Assembly: GCA_015680685.1 (NCBI GenBank)
Contig: MNCI01002245.1
Location: 33,803-92,385, forward strand
Length of the DNA: 58,583 nucleotides
From: Gnetum montanum
Taxonomy: Eukaryota; Plantae; Gnetophyta
Direction of reading: 5' to 3'
The notes below the pieces were generated by a model. That model had not been told where the DNA came from. It made no database searches and saw only the letters and a list, made by a program, of their open reading frames with translations. Positions 24,568 to 37,782 of this stretch are shown here, one piece after another. Each line of letters begins with the position of its first letter. Positions within the stretch are counted from its first letter, which is position 1. The translations under genes and the position numbers were made by a program.

Positions 24568-25416
24568 TGATGAGTAGTGGATATACCCTAAGCCCAACCA
24601 TAAGAATCACAAACATGTATTAGCAATTGAGTCAAATTTCGTGGACTTCTTAAGTTTGTTCATAGTCCTAAACTATGAGTCAAGGAGTTTCATGATCGCT
24701 ATCTTCCTAACTCACACTTGTGGTGCTATGTGTATGGCTAAATATGAGTTAATATATATGCTATTTATTTATATTTATATTTTTATATTTTTTATCTTAA
24801 GTTCTATATGAGAAACTAAATATTTAATGATTAATTATTTTAACTACATCACGTTCTAAAGGCTAACTACCCTAACATAAGTAGCCATTTTCTCTTGCTA
24901 CACATATCTTGGATTTGTATAAATGCTACTGGATTACCACGTGGTCATTATTGGGTGCACTAACTAGCCATTTTTTGGATTACCAAGTGTAATACCTTAT
25001 GCTCGAAGTGGTTGTACTTATGTGTACATGGTTAATTACATTAAGTATCTATGACTTGGAATATTAAATGGATGCAAAATAAAGTGTTTTCAAGGAATAT
25101 TAAGCTAATCTAAGTGCTACAATGAATGCCATAAATCTTAAATTTATTGACATTCATGCCAATGCATTCAAGTACATGGAACTCAAATAAAGTTCCATAC
25201 AATCTCTTTCACTCATACTATGGACACTCAAAGGAAAATATTCTAACTCTAGAAAAGATAAACTTTAAAGGCTTCACCATAAATGTGGTTGGTACATGCA
25301 TTTATATAGGCTACACCTATATTAGCATTGACGTATCTATATTGACCCATGTCACCATGCATCAATGGGGATGTATTGATGCATGTCCATCGAAACAACC
25401 TTTTTATGATGCTTCA
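24568..25416 (-). mobile_element. 3' LTR of Athila B
   Basis: TGATGAGTAG...ATGATGCTTCA, colinear with 56198-57058. Confidence 0.9.
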
Positions 25417-25559
25417 CCATACCTCCACAATTGAATGAAAACTCATCCTCAAGTGAGAAATAGTAGGATCAAGCTTTTTACAAAAATAAGAAAAGTATGA
25501 AATTTATTAACTAAAAAACAATATATTGATTAACTAATAGACTCTAAGTGTTAAATTGT

Positions 25560-28250
25560 ACAGGATTACAAAATTGGTATCCATGACAACAATATTGGAC
25601 GCATATAAAAATTTCAGTAGGTCCATTTTAGTTGTTAAAGACTAGGAAAATTCTCAAATAGCGCCAAGATGTGGATGCTCCTAGGACATTGAAGGTCCTT
25701 CACTAAGCTATGACTCTTGTGACTATGGAGGTGACTAAGGCTAACCTACTATTGCTATAACTTTTGGAGAAAGCTTGAAAGAATCTAGTAATGATTTTTT
25801 TCTTATCTTCCTTGTTGCATGCATTAAACGTAGTCCACATGGCTTCATTGATGTGGGTTGGCATGGGGACATTTGATGGGCAAGACATTGCTGGGAACAT
25901 CTCCTTCACATTAATGAACAAGGCTATGAATTACTTATGTTTAATGTCAAACATCTTTACTAGGTTATGTAGGTCCTAGTAGTCATTCATTCTCTTGGCC
26001 TAGAAATAGTTCATTAGTTAGTGAATTTGCTCTTGCAAACTTCTAGCTCTATGTTGGTTGTCTTTAAATATTGCTTGGTTTCCTTGTGGTGCTTGAATTT
26101 TACCTCATATATTAGGTAGGAACTAGTCACCTACTTCTCTAACTTAATTCTTGGCCTTCCTACTATCAACATAGTCAAGTTTACATATTAGAGGTTGGCA
26201 AGCTTCATATACTCTCTTATCTCCTCAATCTGCAACTCCTTTAGGCAGATTTTGGCTTTGTTGTATGTAATTAGGCCATCATAAATGGCTATGACACATC
26301 ATCTTTTATTGAAGTTGTTGTAGGATCTTGTTCATCTTTGTCTTGGTTAGTTAAATCTTCTTTTCATTTACCTCTTTGAGGAGCCTAACCTACTTCTTGT
26401 AATGATTTTTAACTAATTCAAGTTTCTGGACTTCATTCTTCCAATTAGCTATCTCAATGGCCATTTTCTAGTAAAGTGCTTATACTTTCTCCTTTGAGAG
26501 ATTTCGATTTTCTATTGCCAACCTTCTTAGATCAAGCTTCATGTTGGTTAGCTTCTCCCAATACTATTTAAAAAATTCAACCATATGGTCTTTTTACTAT
26601 TTGACATTACATAGGTGATGGATATCCTTGGTGAAAACCATGTTTTCTTTGTGGACTTGTGACAAGTCAATATCGATGTTAAAGGTTATGGATTTTGACA
26701 AGGATGCATAAAAGACCATTGCCTCCTTTACATTCTCAACCTCTCATATTCTATGGGGAATTTATTAGAAATTTTCATCTCATATGAGTTCTAGGTTGAG
26801 AATGATGGGTTGGAGAGATGGACCCACAACTTCACAACTTTGGTAACCAACTATTGGTTCTCAGTGGTGGTTTCCTATAGTTGGATGTTGGTGATGAGAA
26901 GTTTACTCTTTATCTTTAGTAGCATTGACTAGATTGTTGTTATTTCATCTAGGAAATTGAAGATCTCTAAAAGTGATTGTCCAGATTCCACCAATCTTTC
27001 CAACACTTCTTCATGTTGGGCTTCACTCAACTAATCGCTTCTTACTCTTATATATGCCTAAATATCTACCATTGGCAATGTATAGTACATGGGGGAGACC
27101 TACCTATTCTAAAACAACTAACAAGAAGATGCATCTAGAGGAAGGTCTTTGGGCTCTAAAAATTACAAGAACTTATCTCTTGTTTGAAGGAAAATTATGG
27201 AAAATGGCTAAGTGTTATGAGTATTTATACTATTTTTTAGTTGTGTTGATGGGGATGCATCAACACATTAATCTAGGTTGATGGGGATGCATCAACAAAA
27301 CTATTTTAAGTGAAATTTCCATTTGAAGACTAAGTATTCTGAAAGAGGTTGAGGATGAAATTAGAGCCCAAAGGAAACCATAAAAACCTAGAAGGATGGA
27401 AAAACATGAAATAGGATGTTAGATTTAATGAGAAAAGGAGATTTGGATAAAACACAGATGCTAAAATATTGTAAAACTAGATGTTTGATGTGGTGATATC
27501 ATAGGATTGATTGCAAAATAACCAAGGAATAAGAAGTTTAACTGAAATAAGATCTAGGGGTATGCACATGGATCCTCCCCAAAGTAGGCTCATGCCATTA
27601 ATGCCCTTACATGCCCTCATACCAAGGATTTCGTAGGCACCAAGGATGATTAACAATCATAGGTAGATAAAAACTAAATTCACAAAAGAGATAATGGAAG
27701 GGTTATAACATACCAACACATTCATTGACCATGATAGGAGGTAGTGAGGTGGAGGATGATGAGAATAGAGATATGGAAAAGAAAGATTTGGAAGAGAGTT
27801 TCACATCCCAGTTACATGAAGTCCTTGTGGAACTTGTGTTTAGGATGAATAGATACTATCCTAGCCTTGGTTGGAACCAAGTCCTCCCACATTTAGTAAC
27901 TTCATATTGTCATATTCTAATTGTTTGACCAACAAGAGTCCATGAGCACTCCCAAAGATTACCCATAACTCCATGTAAAGAAGGAAAGAAAAGGAGGAAG
28001 GTGCAAAGTGCCTTAGTTAGAGGGGTGCCTTCAAGCATGGATAACTTGTCTTTCCAGCCTCATAACCAATGCTTTTAGAACATTATTATATCTAAGGAAT
28101 GTGCTTTAAATTTCCATGTATGTTGGTTTTATTATGAAAACCACATGATGTAAAGACATGCTTCCTATAATTGGTCGATAGTAGGAGTGTTGAGAAACCA
28201 ATGAGAATACCCATAAAACTCAACAAGTTAGGTACATAAGGTGAAAAATT
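25560..28250 (-). pseudogene. Athila B post-integrase extra (env-like) ORF remnant with charged coiled-coil segments
   Basis: Position between INT and the 3' LTR. Residual minus-strand coding, for example ORF 25703-25921. Highly decayed. Confidence 0.4.
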
Positions 28251-28562
28251 CCCTTGAATTTAGACCCTTGTTCATTCCACTTGGTCCTTTCCAAGTACAT
28301 TAAGTATCAATATCATTAATTATTTTTAAGTTGTAATTAGCAGAATGGGGGGGGGGATGATGTGGACCCATTTACTAATACCATTAGAAAATTAATGCTT
28401 CATTAATCGATCACATAATCCTAAGGAAAAATGAGTCATTAAACAACCAATCCAAACATGAAATACATTATGAAATGAACTTCTAATAGTAGCAGCTATG
28501 GCAAAAGCACAAGATTCCCAATGAACAAACAAATAAGAATACAACATAGAAGGGAAGTTAAA

Positions 28563-30046
28563 TGTCATGATTAGAATATTTGGTTGCTGAAAAATCAAAG
28601 ATCCTAGGTGGAATAGCTTTAGCCTTGGATCCCAAGGACCCTAAAAATAGGATTTGAGATGCCCTAGATGATCTTGTTGATCACCTAAGGACTTACAGAG
28701 TGTAAACAAGGATAATAAAAATAAAAATAATGTAGATTCAATTCTAGGAAAATGCATAGAATAATACAAAAATAAAGCTATAAAATTATAGGTAAATGCA
28801 CAAAAAATATAACTATAAACTTTATTGCAATAAAATTTTGAAAGCAAAGAGAAATTCAAGATCTTTACAAATGGTGCTAAGGGATGCAAAGAATTCACTT
28901 AAATGGGTTGTTTGGAGTTTTCTGAAGTTGATAGCCTTGGATGCCACAATTAGCTCCATAATCCAAATGCTTCATAACTTTCAAAATTGTAAACCCTTAC
29001 TATACTCCTCACCATATCTGCAGCATTTGTAGTGTAGAGGGGTAAGATGTCTGGAGACTTTGGGCCATAGGAAAGAGCCACACTAGGAATCTTAATGCCT
29101 AGTTTGCTCACCATTTCCAAAAAATCTCACACAATCATAGGGGTTGAACAATGGCCAAAATGGTTGTAGGTTTCATGCTAGAAAATTTTCAAAATCCTTG
29201 TTTCTACGCTGAGTTTTCAAATCTCTTGAATGCCAAAAAAGTGGAACCCTCTCATGGTGTACAAGCCTAGTTTATATAGGTTTGATGGCCATAATTTGGG
29301 CTAGAAATGTTTGTCCTAAGTGCTTAAAAATTGCTATCACATGCAGGTTTTTTAGGTGTATAAATCTAGCATGGTTTCAATGTATGGTAAGTTCTGATAC
29401 CCCTAGGGTACCAAAACCATTTTAGTTCCTAAAAATAGTAAATGAGAATTTTACCCACACTAGCTTCTTTCCCCCACACTAGCCTTCAAAGAGAAATGCT
29501 AGGCCTATAGGAATCATGTTGGGTTGCATGGGATACATTGGGTTGCATGAGCAATTTTGGGGTTGTTGGGGGTCACATTAGAGTTGCTAGAGTAATGTTG
29601 GGATTGCAGAAGCCATGTTGGATATGCTAGACCAATGCTAGGGTTGCTAGACCAACATTGAACATGTTGAACTTTAGGAGCAATTCTAGGATTGTATGAG
29701 CCACATTGAGGCTTCCATAGCTAAACCACCCAATGCTAAGCATAGGTGACTCCAACGTTGAAAAGGTTACATCCCCTACAAAACCAATTAAAATGCCAAT
29801 TTTGGCAATCCAAAGGGCATTTTTGACTTCCCTAAGCCCAAATATGGACATTATATGACTTTTTTCACCTAGGGGTTAAGCCTATGACCACTTTTGAGGC
29901 ATTTTTCTACCCAAAAAGTTAATGTGAAATTGCATCTCATAGATGGCAATCTTTACATTTTGTAATGCAATTTTATCTTTGGGTTTCATGGGGTAAGAGT
30001 TACGATGTTGAAAGGTTACAACATGCATTTTCTTGGTGGTATTTCA
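28563..30046 (-). mobile_element. 3' LTR of the Tat/Ogre-like element
   Basis: Colinear with 49059-50589. Followed on + by TTGGCCCCTC, the reverse complement of PPT GAGGGGCCAA. Confidence 0.92.
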
Positions 30047-31149
30047 TTGGCCCCTCTTTGTTGGTTTCTTCAAGATAGGCCTAAGAGACACCAACAACGA
30101 ATAGAAAACACCATTGCAAATCCATCATCTATGCTCCCTATCCACACTTGATTCAGTACTATTGAACCATGCTAAAGAGCACTTATGATGATGGGATAAG
30201 GTTATGATGGGGTAATAGAGGATAAAGAAGTATTTGACTACAAGGAAATAGTCATGAGAGTTAACAGTGAGTTCCAAATATTGACATCATGGCTACAATA
30301 TGACACTAACATGTTGAATGATCAATGAGGTTTTTGCACTTCATGTTTTAATGTGTTGATACTCAACAATGCGTTTGAGAAACCAACATATCACTCCATG
30401 GTTTCTTTAGCCATCAAGCTCCTTCCTTTGCATGTTTGGAGCCATTGATTTGTATTTTGATCTTCATTTACCTTTTGGCTTCTTGCCCATGTGCTTCCCC
30501 ATTTTTTTGTGGAATGAAATCTTCATTGGGTTTCTTTACCAAGGTAAGGTTTGATCTAGTTTTTCCATTGAATGAAATGTGTTACATTCGATAGACTTGA
30601 TGATGGAGCATGATGAAGGGATGTCATATAATCATAATGCAAGAGTGTTAAACATTTTTCATTATTATTACTTAGGATGAGAAAGGTTATAATTAGGCTA
30701 TGGGGTTGGGCTTAAGGAGAGGTAATAGGACTGAAGTGAAATAAGAACTCTTAACACGATAGGACAAGCTCACCAAATATTGTCCATCGAGGTTACATGG
30801 TGACTTGCTATCATAATGAGTTGCACTTTCATGATGACTCCAAGCTTCATCCTACAAGTACAACTCCAAGAGAATAGGAAAGATAGAGAAAGAATTCATG
30901 TTGTTACAATACAATGCATAAGGCCATTTAAAATGATCAACAAAAAAGGCTACCATATGTCACATATGTTACAAAGTTTAACAGTTCATCTGTTGTGCAA
31001 AAAAGAGGTTGTGTAGGCTTGCTTGTCATTAGTTGCAGGTGTTATTAGTATAAACTATTTGTTTTCATGATAAACATGTAGTAGGATTTTAGGTAGGAAT
31101 GATTAAATGAATTGGCCAACTCATTCCCATTCATGTTCACTATCCTAAA

Positions 31150-32200
31150 AGCTCTATTGCCATAGGCCTTGGTGACCAAGAAAGATGCTTCCTAGTTAGC
31201 TGAGAATTTGTCTACATGCTTGAAAATATCTTTGAGGATCAAGTATGCTTTCTTGATCCTACACTTATTCGGGTCATGGTGATGTCATTTCTACCTCTCC
31301 TTGTACTACTCGATGTTAGCAAGCATTCACACCTATTGCTCCTCCACCAAGTCTAGATCCATGATGTACAACTCCTTATTCTAATCATTGTTGATGAAGT
31401 CTAATAGGGATACTCAATGTGATGGAACCTACAATTCAAGAAGAAAAATAACTTTAGAACCATAAACCAAGCTATATGGGGTTACACTAGTTGCAATTCA
31501 AAATGTGGTTTGGTAGGCCCAAAGTGCATGCACAAGTCACTTGTGCCACTTGCATTTGCTATTATGTAACATCGTCTTGAGTAAGTTTATGATGGCCTTA
31601 TTACTTTCTTCAGCTTCTCCATTGTCTTGGAGGTAGTATGGTGACAAAAAGGAATGCTTAATGCCTAGGTTATGACAAATTTTTTTTGTTTCTTGGCTAC
31701 AAAATTGCAGTCCATTATCTGTGACTATGGTCATAGGTATGTCAAAATGTGCTACTATGTTATCTAGTATGTATCTATTGACTTGTTGAGATGTTTTCTT
31801 CCTTAGGAAAATATCTTTAACCTACTTCATGAAGTATTTGGTTGCAATGATGATAAAGCTATGCCTTGTAGAAGACTTAGGCATTATAGGTCTGATGATA
31901 TCCAACCCCCACCATTGAAATGACCAAGTTATATGAGTGGTTTGTAACTAAGTTGGTGGTACGTGTATAAGGTTGCTATGCTATTGGCAAGTGTCATAAG
32001 TTTTGACCTTTTTTAGGTAGTCACTTTTAATATAGGGCCAATAATAGCCTAATTTTTTGATCTTTGCAACCAAGGCTCTAGGTCCTATATGTCCCCCACA
32101 TACACTCTCATGAACTTGCTCTTGGACTATTTGGCCTTCAACTTTACCCAAGCACACTTACAATACGCCATCATAGGACCATTGGCATAATGTGTTATTG
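31150..32200 (-). pseudogene. Integrase
   Basis: HESVCGGH, YYWP, WGLDII, IVTDNGLQF, NGEAEESNK. Confidence 0.9.
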
Positions 32201-32429
32201 CCTACTATGACATACTATTTTGATCATTTTTGTATAGCATCCTTTTGAGTGATAGTCAAGCCTTGTGAAGGTTCACCATGCATAAGGTAAAACTTGATAT
32301 CATCATACCACTCCTTGCAAGAGCAATATGAACTATGGCTATGGAGTTATCTTCTGTGTTTTGTGTGATGGAAATAGCATGATTCATAGTTAAGGAGGGT
32401 GACTTTCTAAACACATCTAGCATCACACT

Positions 32430-33300
32430 AAGGGCTAACATTACAATGGCATTGACTATGGTGTTCTCATTCTAGGGTACATGTTGGATATCGATGTTTG
32501 TAAATTGTTGCATCAATTTCTTTCCTAGGTCATAATAAGGTTGGAAGTGTTTGGCTTTTCATACATAAATCTCAATTACTTGGTTAACCATAAGTTATAA
32601 ATCACCTTTAATCATTAAGCATTTGATTCCTTGGTCATGAGCTACCATCATTCCCCTAATCAAGCCCTCATACTCTACTACATTATTGGTACATGGGAAC
32701 TTGAATCAATAAGTGAAGGATTGGATTTCATTAGATAGAGTGTTATAATGGTAGTAGCATTGGCCCCATGGATAGTTGAAGCTTCATTGAAGTTCATAAT
32801 GGCCTCATAGCCCTTAAGTTATTGGCTAAAGATGTTAACATACTCATCAGGGAATTCAAGGTCAATGATTGCATGGTCATCAATAGGGGAAGCAATAAGC
32901 TTTGTGATTATAGCTTCACCTTGTGTTGAGGCCTAGTAGATGTAATGAAGGTCAAACTTAGCTATTATGGCTTTCCAACAGGCTATATGATTACTTGCAT
33001 AGATATTTGTCATGATGACTCTAAGCACGTTAACTTTGCAAATCACATTAACCTAGCTCTTAAAGAGGTAGTGTCTCCACGTCTTCAATGAGAAGACTAG
33101 GGCTAGATAATACTTCTCTACTTTGATGTATCAGGTATCATAGGTTATCAATGCATGGCTGAGGTAGTATACAAGCAACCCTGCTCCATCATCTCACTTC
33201 TAATAGGGTAGAGAGGTGATGGATGCATTAGAGTTAGTAATATAGATATAAAAGGTCTTATTCTTTTACGATGGATAAGTTATCAGTAGTTGTACAAACT
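32430..33300 (-). pseudogene. RNase H-like domain followed by archaeal-type RNase H (aRH)
   Basis: YYLSHAL...EKYYLALVF, then FPCTNNVVEYEGLI.G...IKGD..L.VNQV. Confidence 0.85.
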
Positions 33301-34588
33301 CTTGCTTAAGGTATTCAAAGGCTTCTTGGCATTGAGTGATACACTCATAGTGAAGTCCTTTCTTAAGTAAGTGTTGCATGGGTTGTAACTTATCCATAAG
33401 CCTAGTGATAAACTTATGGATAAATTGTAATCTACCTTGTAGCCCCTAAAGCTCCTTAAGGTTTTTTGGTGCTACCAAGTTGGATATGGTCTTAACCTTA
33501 TCAAGATTGATACATATTCCTACTTCAAATACTACAAAGCAAGGCATCTTACTAGTTTTGACACCAAAGACACACTTTTTGGAATTAAGCCTTAGCTCAT
33601 AATTGAGGAATCGTTTAAGCACAAGGTCAAGATCAGACCCATGGTTGTATGCCACTTTGGACTTAATGGCTATATCGTCTATGTAATCATTAAGAAAACT
33701 TGACATATAGTCACTAAAGATATACAACATGGCTCTTTAGTGGCTTACTCCTACATTATTTAGGACAAAGGGCATTATAGTGTAACAAAAGGTACCCCAA
33801 GGGGTCATGAAGGTTGTACTAAGTTGATGTTCTAGGTTAATCCTAATTTGGTTATATCCTGAGAACCCATCCATAAAGGATAATAAGGCATGTATAGCCA
33901 TAGTATCGATAATTTGATCAATATTAAGTAAAGGGAAATCATCTTTAATAGTTGCCTTATTTAGATCTTGGAAATTGATGCAAATGTGTATGTTCCTATT
34001 TTTCTTAGGAACTACCATGATGTTGAACACCCGTTCTATGTAATCAATAACTCTAATGAAATCATATTGGTATAGTTTTTTGATTTCATTACAAATTAAT
34101 AGGGCCAAATCAAGTCTAATCTTACGAACCTTTTACTTGATTGGTCTAATGTTAGGATCGAGTATGATGTTATGTTGAACTAAGTTTGGGTCAAGACCTG
34201 ACATATCTTTCTATGACTAGGTAAAGACCTTAATGTTGTCTTGGAGGACCTAGGTGATGCTTGCTTGTTGAGGTTTTAGTCAGAAACTTAGTTTTAGTAT
34301 TTTCTTCTTACCACTATGTGTCATGATAGGAACCTCGGCTAGAAAGTCTTTGTTAATGTCACCAGCCTTAAGGTCAAGGGTTTTGACTAAGTTTTTAGAC
34401 CAATATATAGGTTTCTCTATTGAGGATATATGGTCAACAAGACTTTAAGGTTGAAGATCTAGGTAATTAGGATCAATAAACCATTTAATATCATAGTGGG
34501 GCCCACTTAGGCTCAAAGGAAAAATAATTTGCTTCCAGGTATCCATATTTTAGTCTTTCATGTCAACCATAAGCACATTAAGTTGCAC
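33300..34588 (-). pseudogene. Reverse transcriptase with N-terminal linker
   Basis: DMSGLDP..VQH, VVPKK, KDDFPL, LSFMDGFSGYNQI, YIDD. The frame is continuous from 34588 to ORF 34108. Confidence 0.92.
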
Positions 34589-35129
34589 CTATGTAAAAAT
34601 GAGTAAATGATGCCAAGATGATAAAATATCTTAGAAACTCTACAAACACATGCTATTTCATGGTCAAACAAGGTGCAAACAAGATCAACAAAAACTTATA
34701 AGAGATAGGTAAAGGAAAATAAGATAGAAAAAATGCAAAAAAAATGTTAAATAAAGGTTAAAAAAGGTCAAAAAAAGTTGAAGCATAATGAAAGTATGAA
34801 AACTAAGGTCAAACATGGTTAACTAGGGTTACATTATTGTCAATTTAAGGCCTTGGCAAGCCATAGTTACATGGTGTCAAATGGTGATCAATCAACATCA
34901 ATTGAAGGCTAAAAAAGATCAACTAAGATCATAATGGAGACAATTAGGCATATATAGTGAGAATGAAGTGTAGTAGAAGTCAAATGAGGTTATCAATGTA
35001 AAGGAAGATTAAAACGAGTCAAAACACCATGAAACAAGGCCAAATCAATTGAGGTGTGAAATGTATGGTAAAACATGATCAATATTAATCAAAAAAGATT
35101 ATATCTTACTAGTTTTAGGTCTTAGTGGG

Positions 35130-37400
35130 CCATGGTAAGAGGTTAGAGAGTTGATGGGTGAGTTTGGGCACCTATGGAGGTTATTTTAAGGCTATTTTAG
35201 GTTAAAAACAAGGTTTTTCTAGGCACCCACACTAGATCCACACTGGCTAGCATGGGTGGGGTGGATAGGATGAGTATGTTATTTTCTAGGTTTATTTTGA
35301 TCAATTTTGGACTCCTAAAGGCTTGTATGGTTAATGTAATAGGTTGGGGAAGAAGATTAGCTAGTTTTGGCATCAATTTGACTCTTTGGAAGTCACAAAT
35401 GAAGCCTGGAACTACCATCCCATGTTGAAGCAATAGTGGCCAACATGACCCAAATGTGGCTACAAAGGAAAACTAAATTTATTCCATCCAAGGATCAAAC
35501 TTGATGTTCTATGGACTTCCTAGGATAGCACAAGGTGACAATGGTCAAAATTCATCATTTTGAAGGTGAGAATTTGCAACAAAAGTAGGTTTTAAGGTCT
35601 TTCCCTTTAGAGCCATGTTAGTTAGCATGGATGGAGGGAACCTCAACATGGATAGTTTAGCTTTGGTGATTATAGGATTAAAATAGGATAGAATTATAGT
35701 TGAATACAAGTTTTTATGACTGTATGCTCCCACAATTGAGTTTTTAGGCCATTTGATGGGTGTTATGTGGGTAGAACCTTGTTGGGAATTCTACCCATGC
35801 TGGGGCCATGTTGGCTAACATGGCTTTAGTATCCCTTAGTGTGGATACATTTGCTTTTTGATTTTTGGTTAGTCCCAGAGGTAAGTTAACCAAGTTTTAA
35901 GGCTTCCAAGGTTACTACTAGTCATATTGGAGGTTTAGACTTGCAAATATCCATGTTTGATGGTCATTTGGGCTTTGGTAAAGTTATACCCTCCTTAGCC
36001 ACACTAGCCAACAATTTTCTAGAATGTGTGAGGGATTTGGATGAGCTTTTATGGTTGAAATGAGGTTAAATGGACAGCATTTTAAGGTCTTGATATCCTA
36101 GGTTTTACTAGGATAATTTTTAGGCTTTTGAGTGTGTCGATGTGCTGTCAAAACCAAGGCAAAAGCTTAGCCACATGAGGGCCATGTTGGTTAATGTGGC
36201 TCTAGCCTTTCTTAGTGTGGCTAAATTGGAATATTAATTTCTAGTAATTTATAGCATTGTATAGATCAAGTATTTGAGTTCCTAGGACTGCAGATATTGA
36301 TGGCTAAGATTTGGCACCAAAATTGATAGGTTTGAAGGCTTTTTGATAATTTTTTGTGGTCATCCCCATTTGAGTCATGTTGGCTAGCATGGATGGAAGG
36401 GGATGATAGAATTTTACCATTTTTAGCTTGTATTTTAGTGTTTTATGGTCTCTGGAGGCTTTGGAAGGGTCCTAGGATCAAGGTAGTATAACATGAGGTC
36501 AATTTGATGCACCTTTGAGCTCCTCATGGATTTTCTTTATGGCACCCATGCTGGCTAGTGTGGGTGAGACTATCTTAGTGTGGATGAATGGTTTTTGGCC
36601 AATTTTAATTAATTTTTTCTTGATTTATGATCATTTAAGACTTTGGGAAGGTTCCAAGGTCATAGGGGTTGGGCCATTTTAGTGTGTCAATTGGTTTTTA
36701 TAGGCTATCCCAGGGCATCCATGCTAGACCCACACTAGCCAACTTGGGTGAGGGATTCCTTAGCATGGGTGAGGTGTTCAATATGAATTTTGATTTGTAT
36801 TTGGTCAATTTCTGGATACTAGAGACTACAAAGAGATGTTAAGGTCATAATATGTCAACTAGGATGTTAATTTTTGTATTTTGAGGTTACATCCCCTTCA
36901 ACCACACTAGGGTCACATTGGCTAGCATGGATGAGGTGGCCCCTAGTATGAATCCACTAACATCCATGGTTGTTAATACTTTTAATTAGTTTTGGAAAGG
37001 TTTTAGAGCTTCCAATGGCTTCTAATGAGCTTTTAGGCTTTATTAGTCCATTTTGAGGTAGAATTAAGGTTTGGTTGATACTTGTGGATATTATGCCCCC
37101 TTAAGCAATGCTGGCCAACATGGGTGGACCCTTGCCTAGAATTGTTACCCAAAGTGGTGAGTGTCATGAAGGGTTCTAGACTCTCTCAAGGCTTGGTTTT
37201 CACTATTGTCAACATCCGACCACTAAATTTGGCATGGGCTTCTTGGTCTTCATTGTGTTGGGCATGGGATGTTAGGACCAACACTAGATCCATGCTGACC
37301 AGCATGGGTGAGGAAGGTTTCAAGTTATAGAATGTTGTTATGGGCTTCAAGGAGGTTAAACTCTAGTTTAGATGGGTTTTAAAGCCTTAAAACCCCATTG
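35130..37400. repeat. Degenerate tandem array of about 12 units of ~185 bp with a palindromic core (deaminated CCACGCTGGCCAGCGTGG)
   Basis: Core recurs near 35238, 35420, 35612, 35805, 35999, 36181, 36374, 36545, 36730, 36913, 37106 and 37290. Confidence 0.75.
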
Positions 37401-37782
37401 CTTGGAAGGTCCCTAGAGGGGCTCACCCAAATTCAAATTTTGATTTTGTTTTGAAACTCCTACCATCCCAACATTGTTAGAAATTGTCCTCATTTGAACT
37501 ATTAGTGCACCATGAGTTTCAATGCATGAATTTGATACTGGAGGTTTAGCATGGGGCGCCTAGGTTGAAGATTGGTTTTTATTGTTATTTTGTCAAAAAT
37601 CACTTGTACAAACCATTTCATCACTTGCAATGCACTAGTTTAGAGCTTTGTCATAAATTTGAAGCATAAATCCCATCACTCCAATGTTTCTTGGCATGTT
37701 TCATCCAAAATTAGTGTTACCACTAAGATTTTGAAGGTTTCTAGAGGTTTTTTAAGGTTTTTCCACACTACCGCCCATCATC

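Noticed and set aside
27244-27298. Duplicated small hairpin GTTGATGGGGATGCATCAACA
   Set aside because: A short local duplication resembling motifs in the Athila B LTR, with no evidence of function.
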